Shown: one piece after another, positions 10,353 to 21,582 of the stretch
Layout of the letters: every line of letters starts with the position of its first letter
Position numbering within the stretch: position 1 is the first letter of the stretch
Assembly (NCBI GenBank): GCA_965198065.1
Contig: CBDAON010000004.1
Span: forward strand, 1,088,001-1,152,000
DNA length: 64,000 nucleotides
Reading direction: 5' to 3'
Source: Longimicrobiales bacterium
GTDB taxonomy: Bacteria; Gemmatimonadota; Gemmatimonadetes; Longimicrobiales; Gaopeijiaceae
The notes under the pieces: model-generated
The model's input: only the letters and a program-made list of their open reading frames with translations
Database searches by the model: none
What the model was told of the DNA's origin: nothing
Program-made: the position numbers and the translations under genes

Positions 10353-11227
10353 TCCGGCGCTCCAAGCGACCGCCGGGCAGCCGCCCCCTCGACGGACCCG
10401 GGCGGGCGCGGCTCACCGGCCGAGTGCACCTCCCCGGTCGGCTCCCACGGGGCTCGCTCGGGACGCTCCCAGCGTCGGGCCCGCGGGAGGAGGAGGTTCG
10501 AGCGGAGGATGTGCCAGAACGCCGCGATCCCGTCGGTCCACCGGATCTTCTTCCCCTCGGCGTAGGACCGTCCCCGGTACGAGATCGGCAGCTCGTAGAT
10601 CCGGGCACCGGCCTGCGCCAGCCGGGCGGTGATCTCCGGTTCGATCCCGAAGCGATCCTGGACTAGGGGAAGGGTCTGGAGGAGGTCCCCCCGGATCACC
10701 TTGTAGCACGTCTCCATGTCGCTCACGTTCAGGTCCGTCAGAACGTTCGACAGGAGAGTGAGAGTCTGGTTCCCGACGAAGTGCCAGAAGAGATGCACCC
10801 GGTGGGGACCGCCTAGGAACCGGGACCCGTAGACGGCGTCGGCCCATCCCTGGAGGATGGGCTCGAGCATCTCGGGCAGGTGCGCGGGATCGTACTCGAG
10901 GTCGGCATCCTGCACGGCGACGACGTGCCCGGTCGCGATCTGGAACCCCGAGCGGAGCGCCGCTCCCTTTCCACGGTTCCGAACGTGGAGGACGAGCCGG
11001 TCGATCACGCCCCCCTTCTCCAGCTCCGTGAGGAGCTCGTCGCTCCCGTCCGTAGAGCCGTCGTCCACGACGATCAGCTCGACCTTCAAGGGTAGGGATC
11101 GGACCCGCCGGAGCACCCTCTCGATCGTGGCCCCTTCGTTGAACGCGGGCACGACGACGGAGAGCTCGACCCGGTCCCAGGGTAGCTCTGGATTCAGCTC
11201 CGGCACACGCGTCCCGAGGCCCGGCAC
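10349..11227 (-). CDS. Glycosyltransferase family 2 (polyprenol-phosphate GT-like)
   Basis: VVVPAFNE, VVDDGSTD, NRGKGAA, QDADLEYDP, DMETCYK. Confidence 0.92.
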   Translation of the reverse strand: MPGLGTRVPELNPELPWDRVELSVVVPAFNEGATIERVLRRVRSLPLKVELIVVDDGSTDGSDELLTELEKGGVIDRLVLHVRNRGKGAALRSGFQIATGHVVAVQDADLEYDPAHLPEMLEPILQGWADAVYGSRFLGGPHRVHLFWHFVGNQTLTLLSNVLTDLNVSDMETCYKVIRGDLLQTLPLVQDRFGIEPEITARLAQAGARIYELPISYRGRSYAEGKKIRWTDGIAAFWHILRSNLLLPRARRWERPERAPWEPTGEVHSAGEPRPPGSVEGAAARRSLGAPE

Positions 11228-11228
11228 G

Positions 11229-12611
11229 CTACTCGCCCAGCCCGTAGCGGCTGATCTTCCTGTAGAGGGTCGAGGGATCGATCCCCAGCACCTCGGCCGC
11301 TCGGGTCTTGTTGCCCTCCTCGGCCTGGAGAACCCACTGGATGTAGGCTCTCTCGATCACCTCGAGCGTGGGGTTCGCCGGCGCGCCGTCGTTCATGAGG
11401 GTGGGAGCCGGAGGCTCGACCACCTGTTGGGGAAGCGAAGACGCCCCGATCACCGTCCCGGCCGTGAGCACGGCGGCACGCTCGAGGGCGTTCTCCAGCT
11501 CCCGGACATTCCCCGGCCATTCGTAACGCAGGAGCGCCTCCTCGGCCTCCTCGGAGAGCTCCGGGGGCTCGCCCCCTTCCTTCTCGAGCCTGTGAAGGAA
11601 GTGCTGGGCGAGGAGCGGGATGTCCTCCTTCCTTTCCCTCAATGGCGGGAGCGCCATAGCGATCACGTTCAGCCGATAGTAGAGATCGCTCCGGAACTCT
11701 CCTCTCTTGATCAGCTCCTCCAGGTTGCGGTTCGTCGCCGCGATGATCCGGACGTCCACCGGAACCGCCTTCGTTGCGCCTACCGGGATGACCTCCCGCT
11801 CCTGGACGGCCCGGAGCAGCTTCACCTGGGTCTGGGGAACCGTCTCTGCGATCTCGTCAAGGACGAACGTGCCGCCTTCCGCCGCGACGAGGAGCCCGGC
11901 TTTGTCCTTCACGGCCCCGGTGAACGACCCCTTCACGTGACCGAAGAGCTCGCTCTCGAGGAGGCTCTCCGGGAGCGCGCCGCAGTTGATCGAGAAGAAG
12001 GGTCTCTCTCTGCGATCGGAGCACGCGTGGATGAAGCGCGCGACCACCTCTTTCCCGGTACCGCTCTCCCCCGTGATGAGGACCGTCGAGTCGGTCGGCC
12101 CGACCGTCTCGGCGAGATCCAGAATCTTGACGAAGCTCGGGCTCCTTCCCACGGGGCGCCCTCCCCGCTCCCCCTCCCTTCTCCGGATCTCCTGTCGGAG
12201 CGCCCGGTTCTCCACCCTGAGCGCGCGGGCCTCCCCGGCATGCTTACAGATCGCGAGGAGCTCCTCGTTCGCGAACGGCTTCTGGAGATAGTGGAAGGCG
12301 CCCTCGTTCACGGCCCGGACGGCCGATTGGAGCGACGCCTGCGCGGTCATGAGCACCACGGCCATCTCGGGGTCCACCTCGCGGGCACGGGCCAGGATGT
12401 CCAGCCCGGTGGCTCCCGGCATCCGGATGTCCGACACCACCAGATCCGGCTGCTCGCGCTCGACGGCGTCCAGGCCCTCCCGCCCTCCGAGCGCGGTCAC
12501 GACTTCGTAGCCCTCCCCCCGGAAGAGGATCCCGAGAGACTCGAGGATCCCGGCCTCGTCATCCACGACAAGCACCTTGACCCTGCGCTCATCCATGGAT
12601 GCACCGCTCAT
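11229..12611 (-). CDS. pilR: sigma54-dependent response regulator (PilR/NtrC family)
   Basis: REC domain, GESGTGKE, GSFTGA, DLYYRLNV, WPGNVRELEN, Fis-type HTH; next to a PilS-like kinase and pilins. Confidence 0.85.
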   Translation of the reverse strand: MSGASMDERRVKVLVVDDEAGILESLGILFRGEGYEVVTALGGREGLDAVEREQPDLVVSDIRMPGATGLDILARAREVDPEMAVVLMTAQASLQSAVRAVNEGAFHYLQKPFANEELLAICKHAGEARALRVENRALRQEIRRREGERGGRPVGRSPSFVKILDLAETVGPTDSTVLITGESGTGKEVVARFIHACSDRRERPFFSINCGALPESLLESELFGHVKGSFTGAVKDKAGLLVAAEGGTFVLDEIAETVPQTQVKLLRAVQEREVIPVGATKAVPVDVRIIAATNRNLEELIKRGEFRSDLYYRLNVIAMALPPLRERKEDIPLLAQHFLHRLEKEGGEPPELSEEAEEALLRYEWPGNVRELENALERAAVLTAGTVIGASSLPQQVVEPPAPTLMNDGAPANPTLEVIERAYIQWVLQAEEGNKTRAAEVLGIDPSTLYRKISRYGLGE

Positions 12612-14335
12612 TCGGAATGGCCCCCCGGAACCCCGGCCAACGTCTCCGCGCCAGGAAGATAGATGTTGAACTCCGCGCCTCCCCCGTTCGAGCGCTCCAC
12701 CAGAACGACCCCCCGATGGGCCTCCACCGCCCGGTAGACGACCGAGAGCCCGAGACCCGTCCCCCCCTCACGCGTCGTGAAGAAGGGATCGAATATACGA
12801 CCCACCTCGTTATCGGGAACGCCCGGACCGGAGTCTTGGACACGCACTCTCACGGGTCGGGCCACGTCGATCTCCGGCAGCGCCCGACCCGCGCTCACGT
12901 CCTCCACGTCCAGGTGGACGACGCCCCCGACGGGGGAGAACTGCACGGCGTTCAAGATCAGGTTGAAGACGGCGCGGTGGAGCAGGTCAGCGTCTCCCGG
13001 TACGCGCACCTCGCCCGAGCCCGACTCGAACGCGATGCGCACGTTCCTGGCCGTCGTCTCGGGATGCCGGCTCACGACCGCCGCGCACTCGCGGACCAGC
13101 TCGGACAGATCCAGCTCCGCCACCCGGCCGATCCGCATCCGTGAGGAGTTGATGAAATCGGACAGGAGCCGGCTCAGCCGGTCGGATTCCCGGACCACCA
13201 TGCGGGTCAGCGTCTCCCGATCCGGACCCTCGAGCCCCGGGCGCGCGAACTGCTCGACCGCGCTACGGATCGAGGTGAGCGGGTTCTTGATCTCATGCGC
13301 CATGGCGGCGGAGAGCTCCGCGACGGCCTCGAGGCGCTCCGCCCGCCGGTTCAGGAGCTCGAGGCGCTCGAGGTCCGTGATGTCCTGGAAGATGGCCGTC
13401 ACGGTCCGGGGCGTCCCAGGCTCCTCGCGGAGCGTGGTGCTCACGCCGAGTGTGATGCGCTCCTGCCCCCGGATCGCCGAGGCCTTGTGCCGGAAGAGGG
13501 TGACCCCAGCGTCGAGCGAGCGCCTGAGATGTGCCACGAGCTCGGGCGCAGCGTTCTCGATCGCCCCCAGGACCGGCGCGCCTCTCCACCGCCTGGCATC
13601 CATGCCGAGCAGCTGCTCGGCCGCGGGGTTCATGTAGAGGAGGCGCCCTTCCTCGTCCACGGTCACGACTCCGGTGCTGATCGTGGCCAGGATGTCACCG
13701 GTGTCTATCCGGAGTCGCCGGAGCTCGGACTGCACGGCTCCGAGCGCGATCCCCGCGCGACGAAGCCGGTCCCCCAGGATCCCCGTCGCCAGCGCAACGA
13801 GGGCGAAGAGCCCGACCTGGAGGAACATCGGTGGGTTGAAGTTCTCCGAGTGACCCCAGACGAGGTCGGCGAAGTAGAGGATCGCCGCGAGCGCACCGAG
13901 AAGCACTCCACCGGGAAGCGGGAGGAGGAGGGCTCCCTCGCTGATGACCAGGATGTAGATCCAGGCCAGGTTCGATTCGCCTCCCCCCGTGATGTGCACG
14001 ATCCCCGTCACGAGAAGGACGTCGAAGATCACCTGCCCGTAGAGGAAGTTCTCACCCGAGTCGCGCTTGAGGACGTGCGTGTACCAGAAGCCTCCGGCTG
14101 TCACCAGGAGTCCGAGGAGGAACATGCTGGTCGCCATGAACGTCTGTAACGGCGGCACCTCGGTCCACACCACGAGCGCCGCGACCAGCACCCCCGAGAT
14201 CAGCGCGAGCCGTCCGAGGTAGAGCCAACGGAGAACGTCCGCGCGCGCGAACGCAGCCCCTCCTTCACGCCCCTCCAGGAACAGGCGCGCACGCGCCCAG
14301 AACGGTCCGGTGCTGCGGGCGCCCGCGTCGGTCAT
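12608..14335 (-). CDS. pilS: PilS-like membrane PAS histidine kinase
   Basis: ~6 TM helices (HITGGGES), PAS, AHEIKNPL H-box, NLILNA, DSGPG, GTGLGL; start trimmed to ATG 14335. Confidence 0.85.
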   Translation of the reverse strand: MTDAGARSTGPFWARARLFLEGREGGAAFARADVLRWLYLGRLALISGVLVAALVVWTEVPPLQTFMATSMFLLGLLVTAGGFWYTHVLKRDSGENFLYGQVIFDVLLVTGIVHITGGGESNLAWIYILVISEGALLLPLPGGVLLGALAAILYFADLVWGHSENFNPPMFLQVGLFALVALATGILGDRLRRAGIALGAVQSELRRLRIDTGDILATISTGVVTVDEEGRLLYMNPAAEQLLGMDARRWRGAPVLGAIENAAPELVAHLRRSLDAGVTLFRHKASAIRGQERITLGVSTTLREEPGTPRTVTAIFQDITDLERLELLNRRAERLEAVAELSAAMAHEIKNPLTSIRSAVEQFARPGLEGPDRETLTRMVVRESDRLSRLLSDFINSSRMRIGRVAELDLSELVRECAAVVSRHPETTARNVRIAFESGSGEVRVPGDADLLHRAVFNLILNAVQFSPVGGVVHLDVEDVSAGRALPEIDVARPVRVRVQDSGPGVPDNEVGRIFDPFFTTREGGTGLGLSVVYRAVEAHRGVVLVERSNGGGAEFNIYLPGAETLAGVPGGHSE

Positions 14336-14911
14336 GGCGAGGGCGGGCGGTGCTCTGGAAGCTCGGCCACCAGGTCGCGGATCCGCCTCAGCTGGTCCTC
14401 GATGAGTCGGATCGCGGACCCGACCTCCGAGTCGGGTTCCAGGTCCATGAGAAGAAGCTGCACCTCGGCCATCGCGGCGGTCAGCGGATTGTTGATGTCG
14501 TGTCGCACGCGCGATGCCTCTTCCAACGCCAGCCGGAAGGAGAGGCGGGCGGGCCCCTCCTTCCCCCTTCGCTCGAGCCGCCCGGACACCTGCTCGGAAG
14601 AGTAGGGAAAGCCGGGCGAGAGCGGAACGAGATCCAGTCCCGCCTCCCGCTCCAACACGAGGAGGGGCGACCACGGTCCAGGCCGCTCGGCCAGCCACGT
14701 GAGGAGATCCAGCACCGCACCCGGATCGCACCAAGCGGGAATGAAGATCCACCCCGGCGCGGCCGGTCCGGTGCCGGAGCGATCCCGGACCAGCTCCGAC
14801 GGGGAACCCCACGTCCTCGAACGGGCCCAGGTCAGCCAGGCGCTCCCGGAGCGCCGCTCCACCGGCCCCCGGGGGGAGGAAGAAGTAGCGGGGGAGGGTC
14901 GACGACGACAC
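14332..14911 (-). pseudogene. Small HisKA-only protein, apparently frameshifted in a G4 run (~14807-14810)
   Basis: GGGAGG + GTG 14911 gives MSSSTLPRYFFL...FEDV; deleting one G joins it to GSPSELVRD...RHDINNPLTAA; no HATPase domain. Confidence 0.65.
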
Positions 14912-14939
14912 CGTGCCTCCCAGTCTTTGGCCGGGCGCA

Positions 14940-16226
14940 CTATCGGGAGAGGGGGACGTCCAGAACCTGGCCGGCGTAGATTCGCGTGGTGTCCATCCGG
15001 TTCTCCTCCCGGATCCGGTCCACGGTCGTGCCGAGCCGGTTCGCGATCACCCACAGGGAATCGCCGCTCCGGACCGTGTAACGGAGCATCCCGCTTCCGA
15101 GCGCGGACAGGGGAACGAGGAGCGTTTGGCCCGCGAGGATCCGGCTCCCGCGGATCCCGTTCGCGGCCCGCAGCAGGTCCTCCGCCACACCGTAGAGCCG
15201 GGCGATCGTCCAGAGCGACTCGCCCGACCGGACACGGTGGGTCGCGGGTCCGTCGAGGGGTGGCGGTGTGGAAGCCGACGGCGTTGGGCGGGAATCCGCT
15301 ACCGGCGAGGAGGGCGCAGGAGCCACCGAGGCGAGGGCCATCGTCCGGGCCGGCGGATTCGCCCCTCCGCTCCCGGCCATTCGAGCCGCGGGGGGCGCCA
15401 CGTTCGCAGCCGGGATCTCGAGCTCCCGCCCGGCTCGGAGAAAGTCACTCGACATGTCGTTGGCCACCCGAAGTCGAGCCACGGACGTCCCGTAATGCAA
15501 CGCGATCTCCGACAGCGTTTCCCCCCAGGAAACAACGTGCGTGAAGATCCCCACCTCCGGGAGAGAGGTCGCCGGGCCACGGGCGGCCAGCACCCCCACC
15601 TGCTCGGCACCGACTCGCGCCGCCACGTAACGGGCGTACGGTTGCGGATAGACCGCTACGTGGTAGTGGGGTGGGCTCCGCTCGTGCGTCGCCTCGAGCA
15701 CGCCCTGGGCCTCGAGCTGGAGGAGGACCCTCTCGATCCAGGAGCGGCACCGCGGGATCGTGCTCCTCCTGAGGTCCACGGCCATGCCGGTTGGATGCAC
15801 GGATCGGTCCGAGGCGTTTCGCGGCTGAGCCGAGAGCGGGCGCGTGAGGCTCGTCACGACCATCCTTTTGCCACAGGCGGCTCGGTACTGAGACGAGAGC
15901 CGCTCCACGAAGAGCCTCACCTCGGTGCGCGCATACGGAAACGACACCTGGACGAGCTCGAAGTCCGAGCTGGGCACGACCGGAACGATGTACCCCTGCT
16001 CGACGAAGGTTCGGGCGTGGGACGGAGTTCGGAGGAACGTGTAGTCGTGCGCCCGGGCCTGGGCGTTCTGACGATCGAGCGACGCCTGGGAGCCCCCGAG
16101 AGACTGGGCGTGGAGAGCGCCGGCCGAGCCCGGCGGCGTCCAGAGCGAGACAACGACGGCGCCCGCTACGGCAGCGGAAGAAGCACCTCCAAGAAAGCGG
16201 AACCGGTTCTCGCGGGTGCGGATCAT
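14940..16226 (-). CDS. Exported DUF5715/M15-like metallopeptidase domain with three LysM domains
   Basis: TSLTRP, SVHPTGMAVD, PHYH; LysM repeats HVVSWGETLSEIA, HRVRSGESLWTIA, YTVRSGDSLWVIA. Confidence 0.85.
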   Translation of the reverse strand: MIRTRENRFRFLGGASSAAVAGAVVVSLWTPPGSAGALHAQSLGGSQASLDRQNAQARAHDYTFLRTPSHARTFVEQGYIVPVVPSSDFELVQVSFPYARTEVRLFVERLSSQYRAACGKRMVVTSLTRPLSAQPRNASDRSVHPTGMAVDLRRSTIPRCRSWIERVLLQLEAQGVLEATHERSPPHYHVAVYPQPYARYVAARVGAEQVGVLAARGPATSLPEVGIFTHVVSWGETLSEIALHYGTSVARLRVANDMSSDFLRAGRELEIPAANVAPPAARMAGSGGANPPARTMALASVAPAPSSPVADSRPTPSASTPPPLDGPATHRVRSGESLWTIARLYGVAEDLLRAANGIRGSRILAGQTLLVPLSALGSGMLRYTVRSGDSLWVIANRLGTTVDRIREENRMDTTRIYAGQVLDVPLSR

Positions 16227-16336
16227 GGCCGTCCGTGGAGGCGGGGGGCGTGGCCGCGAGTGAAATCGCTTCAACGAATAAACAAATGATTTCGACCACG
16301 CAAGCACGGGGCCCCGAGGCTACTCCCTCCCCGGAA

Positions 16337-16960
16337 TCAACCTCCCTTGGCCGCAGCGTAATTCCCGGCCACTGCGTCCCAGTTCACGACGTTCCAGAAC
16401 GCCGCGAGGTAGTCCGGCCGGCGATTCTGGTACTTGAGGTAGTAGGCGTGCTCCCACACGTCCACACCCAGGATGGGCGTCGCCCCCTGGCTCAGTGGGG
16501 AATCCTGGTTCGGGGTGGCGCTCACCTGGAGCTGGCCCGAGGCGTCCACCGAAAGCCATCCCCAGCCCGACCCGAACTGGCCCGCCGCCGCGGCCGTTAT
16601 CTTCTCCTTCATCCCATCGACGGACCCGAACGCAGCCTGGATCGCGGCCGCGAGCTCGCCCGCCGGCTCCGAGCTCCCGCCCGGGGCCAGGATCTTCCAG
16701 AAGAGGGCGTGGTTCACGTACCCACCCCCATTGTTCCGCACGGCGGTCCGGATCGCGTCGGGGACGGACGAGAGGTTACGGATCAGCTCCTCGGCCGTTC
16801 GGGGGTGGAGGGCGCCGTGGTCCTTTAGCGCATTGTTCACCTTCGTCGTGTATGCGTTATGGTGCTTGGAGTGGTGGATCTCCATCGTACGCGCGTCGAT
16901 GTGGGGCTCGAGGGCGCCGTACGCGTATCCCAGCTCGGGGAGGGAGTGCGGATAGGGCAT
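16337..16960 (-). CDS. sodA: Mn/Fe superoxide dismutase (Mn-type signatures)
   Basis: [37 protein letters not shown]. Confidence 0.93.
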   Translation of the reverse strand: MPYPHSLPELGYAYGALEPHIDARTMEIHHSKHHNAYTTKVNNALKDHGALHPRTAEELIRNLSSVPDAIRTAVRNNGGGYVNHALFWKILAPGGSSEPAGELAAAIQAAFGSVDGMKEKITAAAAGQFGSGWGWLSVDASGQLQVSATPNQDSPLSQGATPILGVDVWEHAYYLKYQNRRPDYLAAFWNVVNWDAVAGNYAAAKGG

Positions 16961-17069
16961 CGGGTCGGCTCTCATCGGAAGGGTCGGAGTGGGCGAGGCA
17001 GCGTCCAGACAACCCCTCACGGGGCCCACCGTTCCGCCGACGACTACCCTCCGGGAACGGGCCCTGTCG

Positions 17070-18305
<1,236 letters not shown>

Positions 18306-18429
18306 GACTTGACCTCCTCGGAAGCAGGGCTCGATCTTGCGGGATCCGTGACCGACCCGTAGCCGGCTCGGTGGGACGATCGGGTGGTCGCTCAGCCGAG
18401 TCGCCCGACGCTACTCGTACCGCCGGCCG

Positions 18430-18645
18430 TTACTTGTACCGATAGGTGACCCGGCCCCGGCTGAGGTCGTAGGGCGACATCTCGACCTTCACCCGATCGC
18501 CCTCGAGCACCCGGATGTAAAACTTCCTCATCTTCCCCGAAAGGTATGCTAGGATCTTGTGGCCGTTCTCCAGCTCGACCCGGAAGTTCGCGTTGGGAAG
18601 AACCTCCGTCACCGTACCTTCCACCTCGATCGCATCGTTCGACAC
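18430..18645 (-). CDS. infA: Translation initiation factor IF-1
   Basis: [35 protein letters not shown]...[10 protein letters not shown]. Confidence 0.97.
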   Translation of the reverse strand: MSNDAIEVEGTVTEVLPNANFRVELENGHKILAYLSGKMRKFYIRVLEGDRVKVEMSPYDLSRGRVTYRYK

Positions 18646-18788
18646 ACACGACTCCGGTTCGTCTAGGTCGGCCGGACGTGCCGTCAGCCGGCCCCGATCC
18701 GCGATGGCTCGACTAAGCTAATCGGAGGCGGGCCTTTCTGAAACGTGGAAGCCTCTCCGACACACCCACATGAGCCCGGAGCCCCGAG

Positions 18789-19061
18789 ATGAAACCGCTC
18801 ACCATCGCCCTCATCATGCTCGGTCTGGTCGCCTTCGTAGCGGGCGTCGTGTGGATGACCGTCCGGTCGGCGGAAGTGGAGTGCGAGGTCTGCCTCGTCT
18901 TCGACGGAGCCGAGGTCTGCCGAATGGGACGGGGCCCCTCGGAGGCGGAGGCGACGGCCGCCGCGCAGCAGAGCACGTGCGGGGGGAACACTTCCGGGAT
19001 GGCCGAGGCCCTCGCCTGCCTGAGCCGCGCGCCGAGCCGCGCCACCTGCTCGGCCCCCTAG
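18789..19061 (+). CDS. Small membrane-anchored protein with 6 Cys, unknown function
   Basis: N-terminal TM helix then CEVC...C...C...C...C; GC3-rich codons. Confidence 0.7.
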   Translation: MKPLTIALIMLGLVAFVAGVVWMTVRSAEVECEVCLVFDGAEVCRMGRGPSEAEATAAAQQSTCGGNTSGMAEALACLSRAPSRATCSAP

Positions 19062-19168
19062 GGAGCTGCATCGAGAAGGGTTCGGACAGCGCGAGTCCGG
19101 ATACGTCTGACTAGCCGAGCGCGAAACTCTCGGTGCGGTCGCCCCTCGCCGTGGCGAAAGCGACCCCC

Positions 19169-20134
19169 TCACTGCGGCAACCGCTCTGTGAGGAGCGGAG
19201 CTCCCATCCGCACCTCCTCGCCCGGGCGTAGGCCCGGCACCGGCTCGGGGAGCCCATCGCCCCTGGCGCCGAGGAGGAGAACGACGGTCGAGCCCAGGTG
19301 GAACGCCATGATCTCCTCCCCGCGCTCGACCGTCCGGGGCGGATCGTAACGCCGGACCTCCGTCCCCCCTGTGCCCCTCTGGTTCGTGACTCCCCGCCCG
19401 TGCGGCCTGTTCCAAGCCGGATCAAAGGCCGCGGAGATCCGACCCACGTTGAACGCGCCCACCGCGACGAGGGCCAGGTCCAGAGACTCGTGCCCGATCA
19501 CGGCCACGAGCCGTTCGTTCTCCGGGAAGAGATCCGAGACCGAGCGGACCCAGCGGGGCCCCACCGGGAGCAGCCGTCCCGGAATGGCGCGAGCCTCGAC
19601 GAGGCGTCCCGACACCGGGGCGTGCACGCGATGGTAGTGGCGGGGGCTCAAGTAGATCGTGACGAAGAGGCCGGAGCGGAACCGCTCGGCAGCGGATGCC
19701 GCCCCGATCGACGCGGCCGCCGTCCGGCGGCCCGTCCTCTCCCCCAGCAGCGCGGCGATAGCGTAGTCGATCCCCTTGGCCTGGACCGCACGGCCATCCT
19801 CCAGGGAGCCGCACGCCCCAACGATCCCGTCCACCGGGCTCACCGGGACTGACGGGTCCTCGGGAAGCGGACGGGCTCCCGGGTGGAGCGGTCGCACGAA
19901 GAACGCCGAAAGGGACGGATAGTCGGCCGGCCGGCCCTCGCACTCGCTCAGATCGATGCCGAAAGCGCGCGCGAACGCCCGGTTCACTACCGCCTGGAAC
20001 GGTCCGGGGAGCTCCCGCTCGGCCAACCATCCCCACGCCCGAGAGAGACCGGCCAGCGGAAGACGGAGGAGGACTCGAACGGCGAAGGGATGGCGCGAGG
20101 CGTGCCTCGGAGCCCTTCTCCGGTCAGGTGGCAG
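19169..20134 (-). CDS. psd: Phosphatidylserine decarboxylase proenzyme (start uncertain)
   Basis: FFVRPL, SPVDG, YLSPRHYHRVHAP, NER, FHLGSTVVLL autocleavage motif. Confidence 0.88.
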   Translation of the reverse strand: MPPDRRRAPRHASRHPFAVRVLLRLPLAGLSRAWGWLAERELPGPFQAVVNRAFARAFGIDLSECEGRPADYPSLSAFFVRPLHPGARPLPEDPSVPVSPVDGIVGACGSLEDGRAVQAKGIDYAIAALLGERTGRRTAAASIGAASAAERFRSGLFVTIYLSPRHYHRVHAPVSGRLVEARAIPGRLLPVGPRWVRSVSDLFPENERLVAVIGHESLDLALVAVGAFNVGRISAAFDPAWNRPHGRGVTNQRGTGGTEVRRYDPPRTVERGEEIMAFHLGSTVVLLLGARGDGLPEPVPGLRPGEEVRMGAPLLTERLPQ

Positions 20135-20163
20135 AGTAACCGGCGTCAGGCGGCAGAGTAACC
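20123..20163. repeat. 19-bp direct repeat duplicating the end of the HMA gene
   Basis: GTCAGGTGGCAGAGTAACC (20123-20141) and GTCAGGCGGCAGAGTAACC (20145-20163). Confidence 0.8.
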
Positions 20164-20346
20164 CGCGGAGCGGATGGCGGCCACGATCCCTTCGCGGTCG
20201 GTCCGATCCGGATTCCAGGTGACTTCGGCGCCGGTGAGATCGATGGATGCTCGCTCGACGCCGTTCACTCCGTCCAGCGCCTTCTGCACCCGCGCGATGC
20301 AGTGGTCGCAGCTCATTCCGTCGACGGCGAAGCATTCGGACTCCAT
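20146..20346 (-). CDS. Heavy-metal-associated (CopZ-like) chaperone
   Basis: GMSCDHC motif, 66 aa, ends AGY. Confidence 0.9.
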   Translation of the reverse strand: MESECFAVDGMSCDHCIARVQKALDGVNGVERASIDLTGAEVTWNPDRTDREGIVAAIRSAGYSAA

Positions 20347-20541
20347 GGATGCACCCCCCAAGACTCCGTTCGTGAGGTCGGTGAAACCCCCGAGCCCCCG
20401 CGAAGGGTCCGGCGAGAATGGGGCCGATTTCCCCCCGCGCACGAATCCCCGACCCCACTCGCGTGTACGAGCCCTGACCATAGGGGGCGCGCGCGACGGT
20501 CTCGCTCCACGCCGGCCCCTCGCTCCCCAGGAGAAGCCCCG

Positions 20542-21582
20542 ATGCATCGAGTCCCCACCCTGCGGCGACGCTGGCGTGCGGTCGTCACCGTGCTCCCGTG
20601 GATCTTCCCCGCGGGCCTCGTGGCCCAGGCCCCCACCGTGTCGCCCGTGCTCGTCGGACGCGTGAACACGATTCGGGAGCAGACCGTCCGGGAGCACGTG
20701 GCCTTCCTGGCGTCGGACGCCCTCATGGGACGAGACACGCCCAGCCCCGGGCTCGAGAGAGCCGCCGCATACCTAGTGGCGCGATACCGGGAGTGGGGGG
20801 TCTCTCCGGCCGGCGAAGGGCAGGGCTACGTCCAGCGGTTCTCGTATCAGGACGGGAGCGTCCCGAACGTGCTCGCGATGATTCCGGGACGGGACCCGCA
20901 GCTCCGTAACGAATACGTCGTGCTGAGCGCGCACCTGGACCACGTGGGCGTGGGAATCCCGGTCCAGCGCGATTCCATCTACAACGGCGCCGACGACAAC
21001 GCCTCGGGCACGGCAGCGCTGCTGGAGGTCGCGCGGGCCCTCGCCTCGCTCCCGGAGTCGGATCGGCCCCACCGCACGGTGATCTTCGCGCACGTGAGCG
21101 GCGAGGAGAAAGGGCTCCTTGGCTCTGCGTGGTGGGTGGACCATCCTACGGTCCCCATCCAGAACGTCGTGGCCGACGTGAACGTGGACATGGTCGGCGG
21201 CGACGCTCACCCCGACACAGTCGCGGCCCTCGGAGGCGAGTTCTCCTCCCTCGGGCCGCTGATCCGACAGGTAGCCGTGCGGCTTCCGGAGCTCGGGCTC
21301 ACAGTCTCGGGAGACCTGTGGCCGCAGGAGGGGCTCTTCTTCCGCTCCGACCAGTTCAGCTTCATGCGGAGGGAGATCCCGGCGCTATTCATCTTCAACG
21401 GGCTTCACGAGTGCTACCACCGCCCGTGCGACGACATCGACTTCGTGAGCATCCAGAAGATCGTCAGGGTGGCGCGGCTGATCGCGCACACCGTGGTCGA
21501 GATCGCGAACCAGGACGCGGGCCCGAGCTGGAACCCCGGCGCGCTCGACGAGGTGCGCCGGATCACGTCGTTCGGGGGTTAG
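20542..21582 (+). CDS. Exported M28 family metallopeptidase
   Basis: Signal peptide, SAHLDH, GADDNASG, GEEKGLLGS, NVDM, RSDQ, YHRPCD; AGGAG RBS. Confidence 0.9.
   Translation: MHRVPTLRRRWRAVVTVLPWIFPAGLVAQAPTVSPVLVGRVNTIREQTVREHVAFLASDALMGRDTPSPGLERAAAYLVARYREWGVSPAGEGQGYVQRFSYQDGSVPNVLAMIPGRDPQLRNEYVVLSAHLDHVGVGIPVQRDSIYNGADDNASGTAALLEVARALASLPESDRPHRTVIFAHVSGEEKGLLGSAWWVDHPTVPIQNVVADVNVDMVGGDAHPDTVAALGGEFSSLGPLIRQVAVRLPELGLTVSGDLWPQEGLFFRSDQFSFMRREIPALFIFNGLHECYHRPCDDIDFVSIQKIVRVARLIAHTVVEIANQDAGPSWNPGALDEVRRITSFGG

Noticed and set aside
12608..14911. 767-aa kinase with a long N-terminus
   Set aside because: Produced by the frameshift in the upstream gene; the kinase starts at 14335
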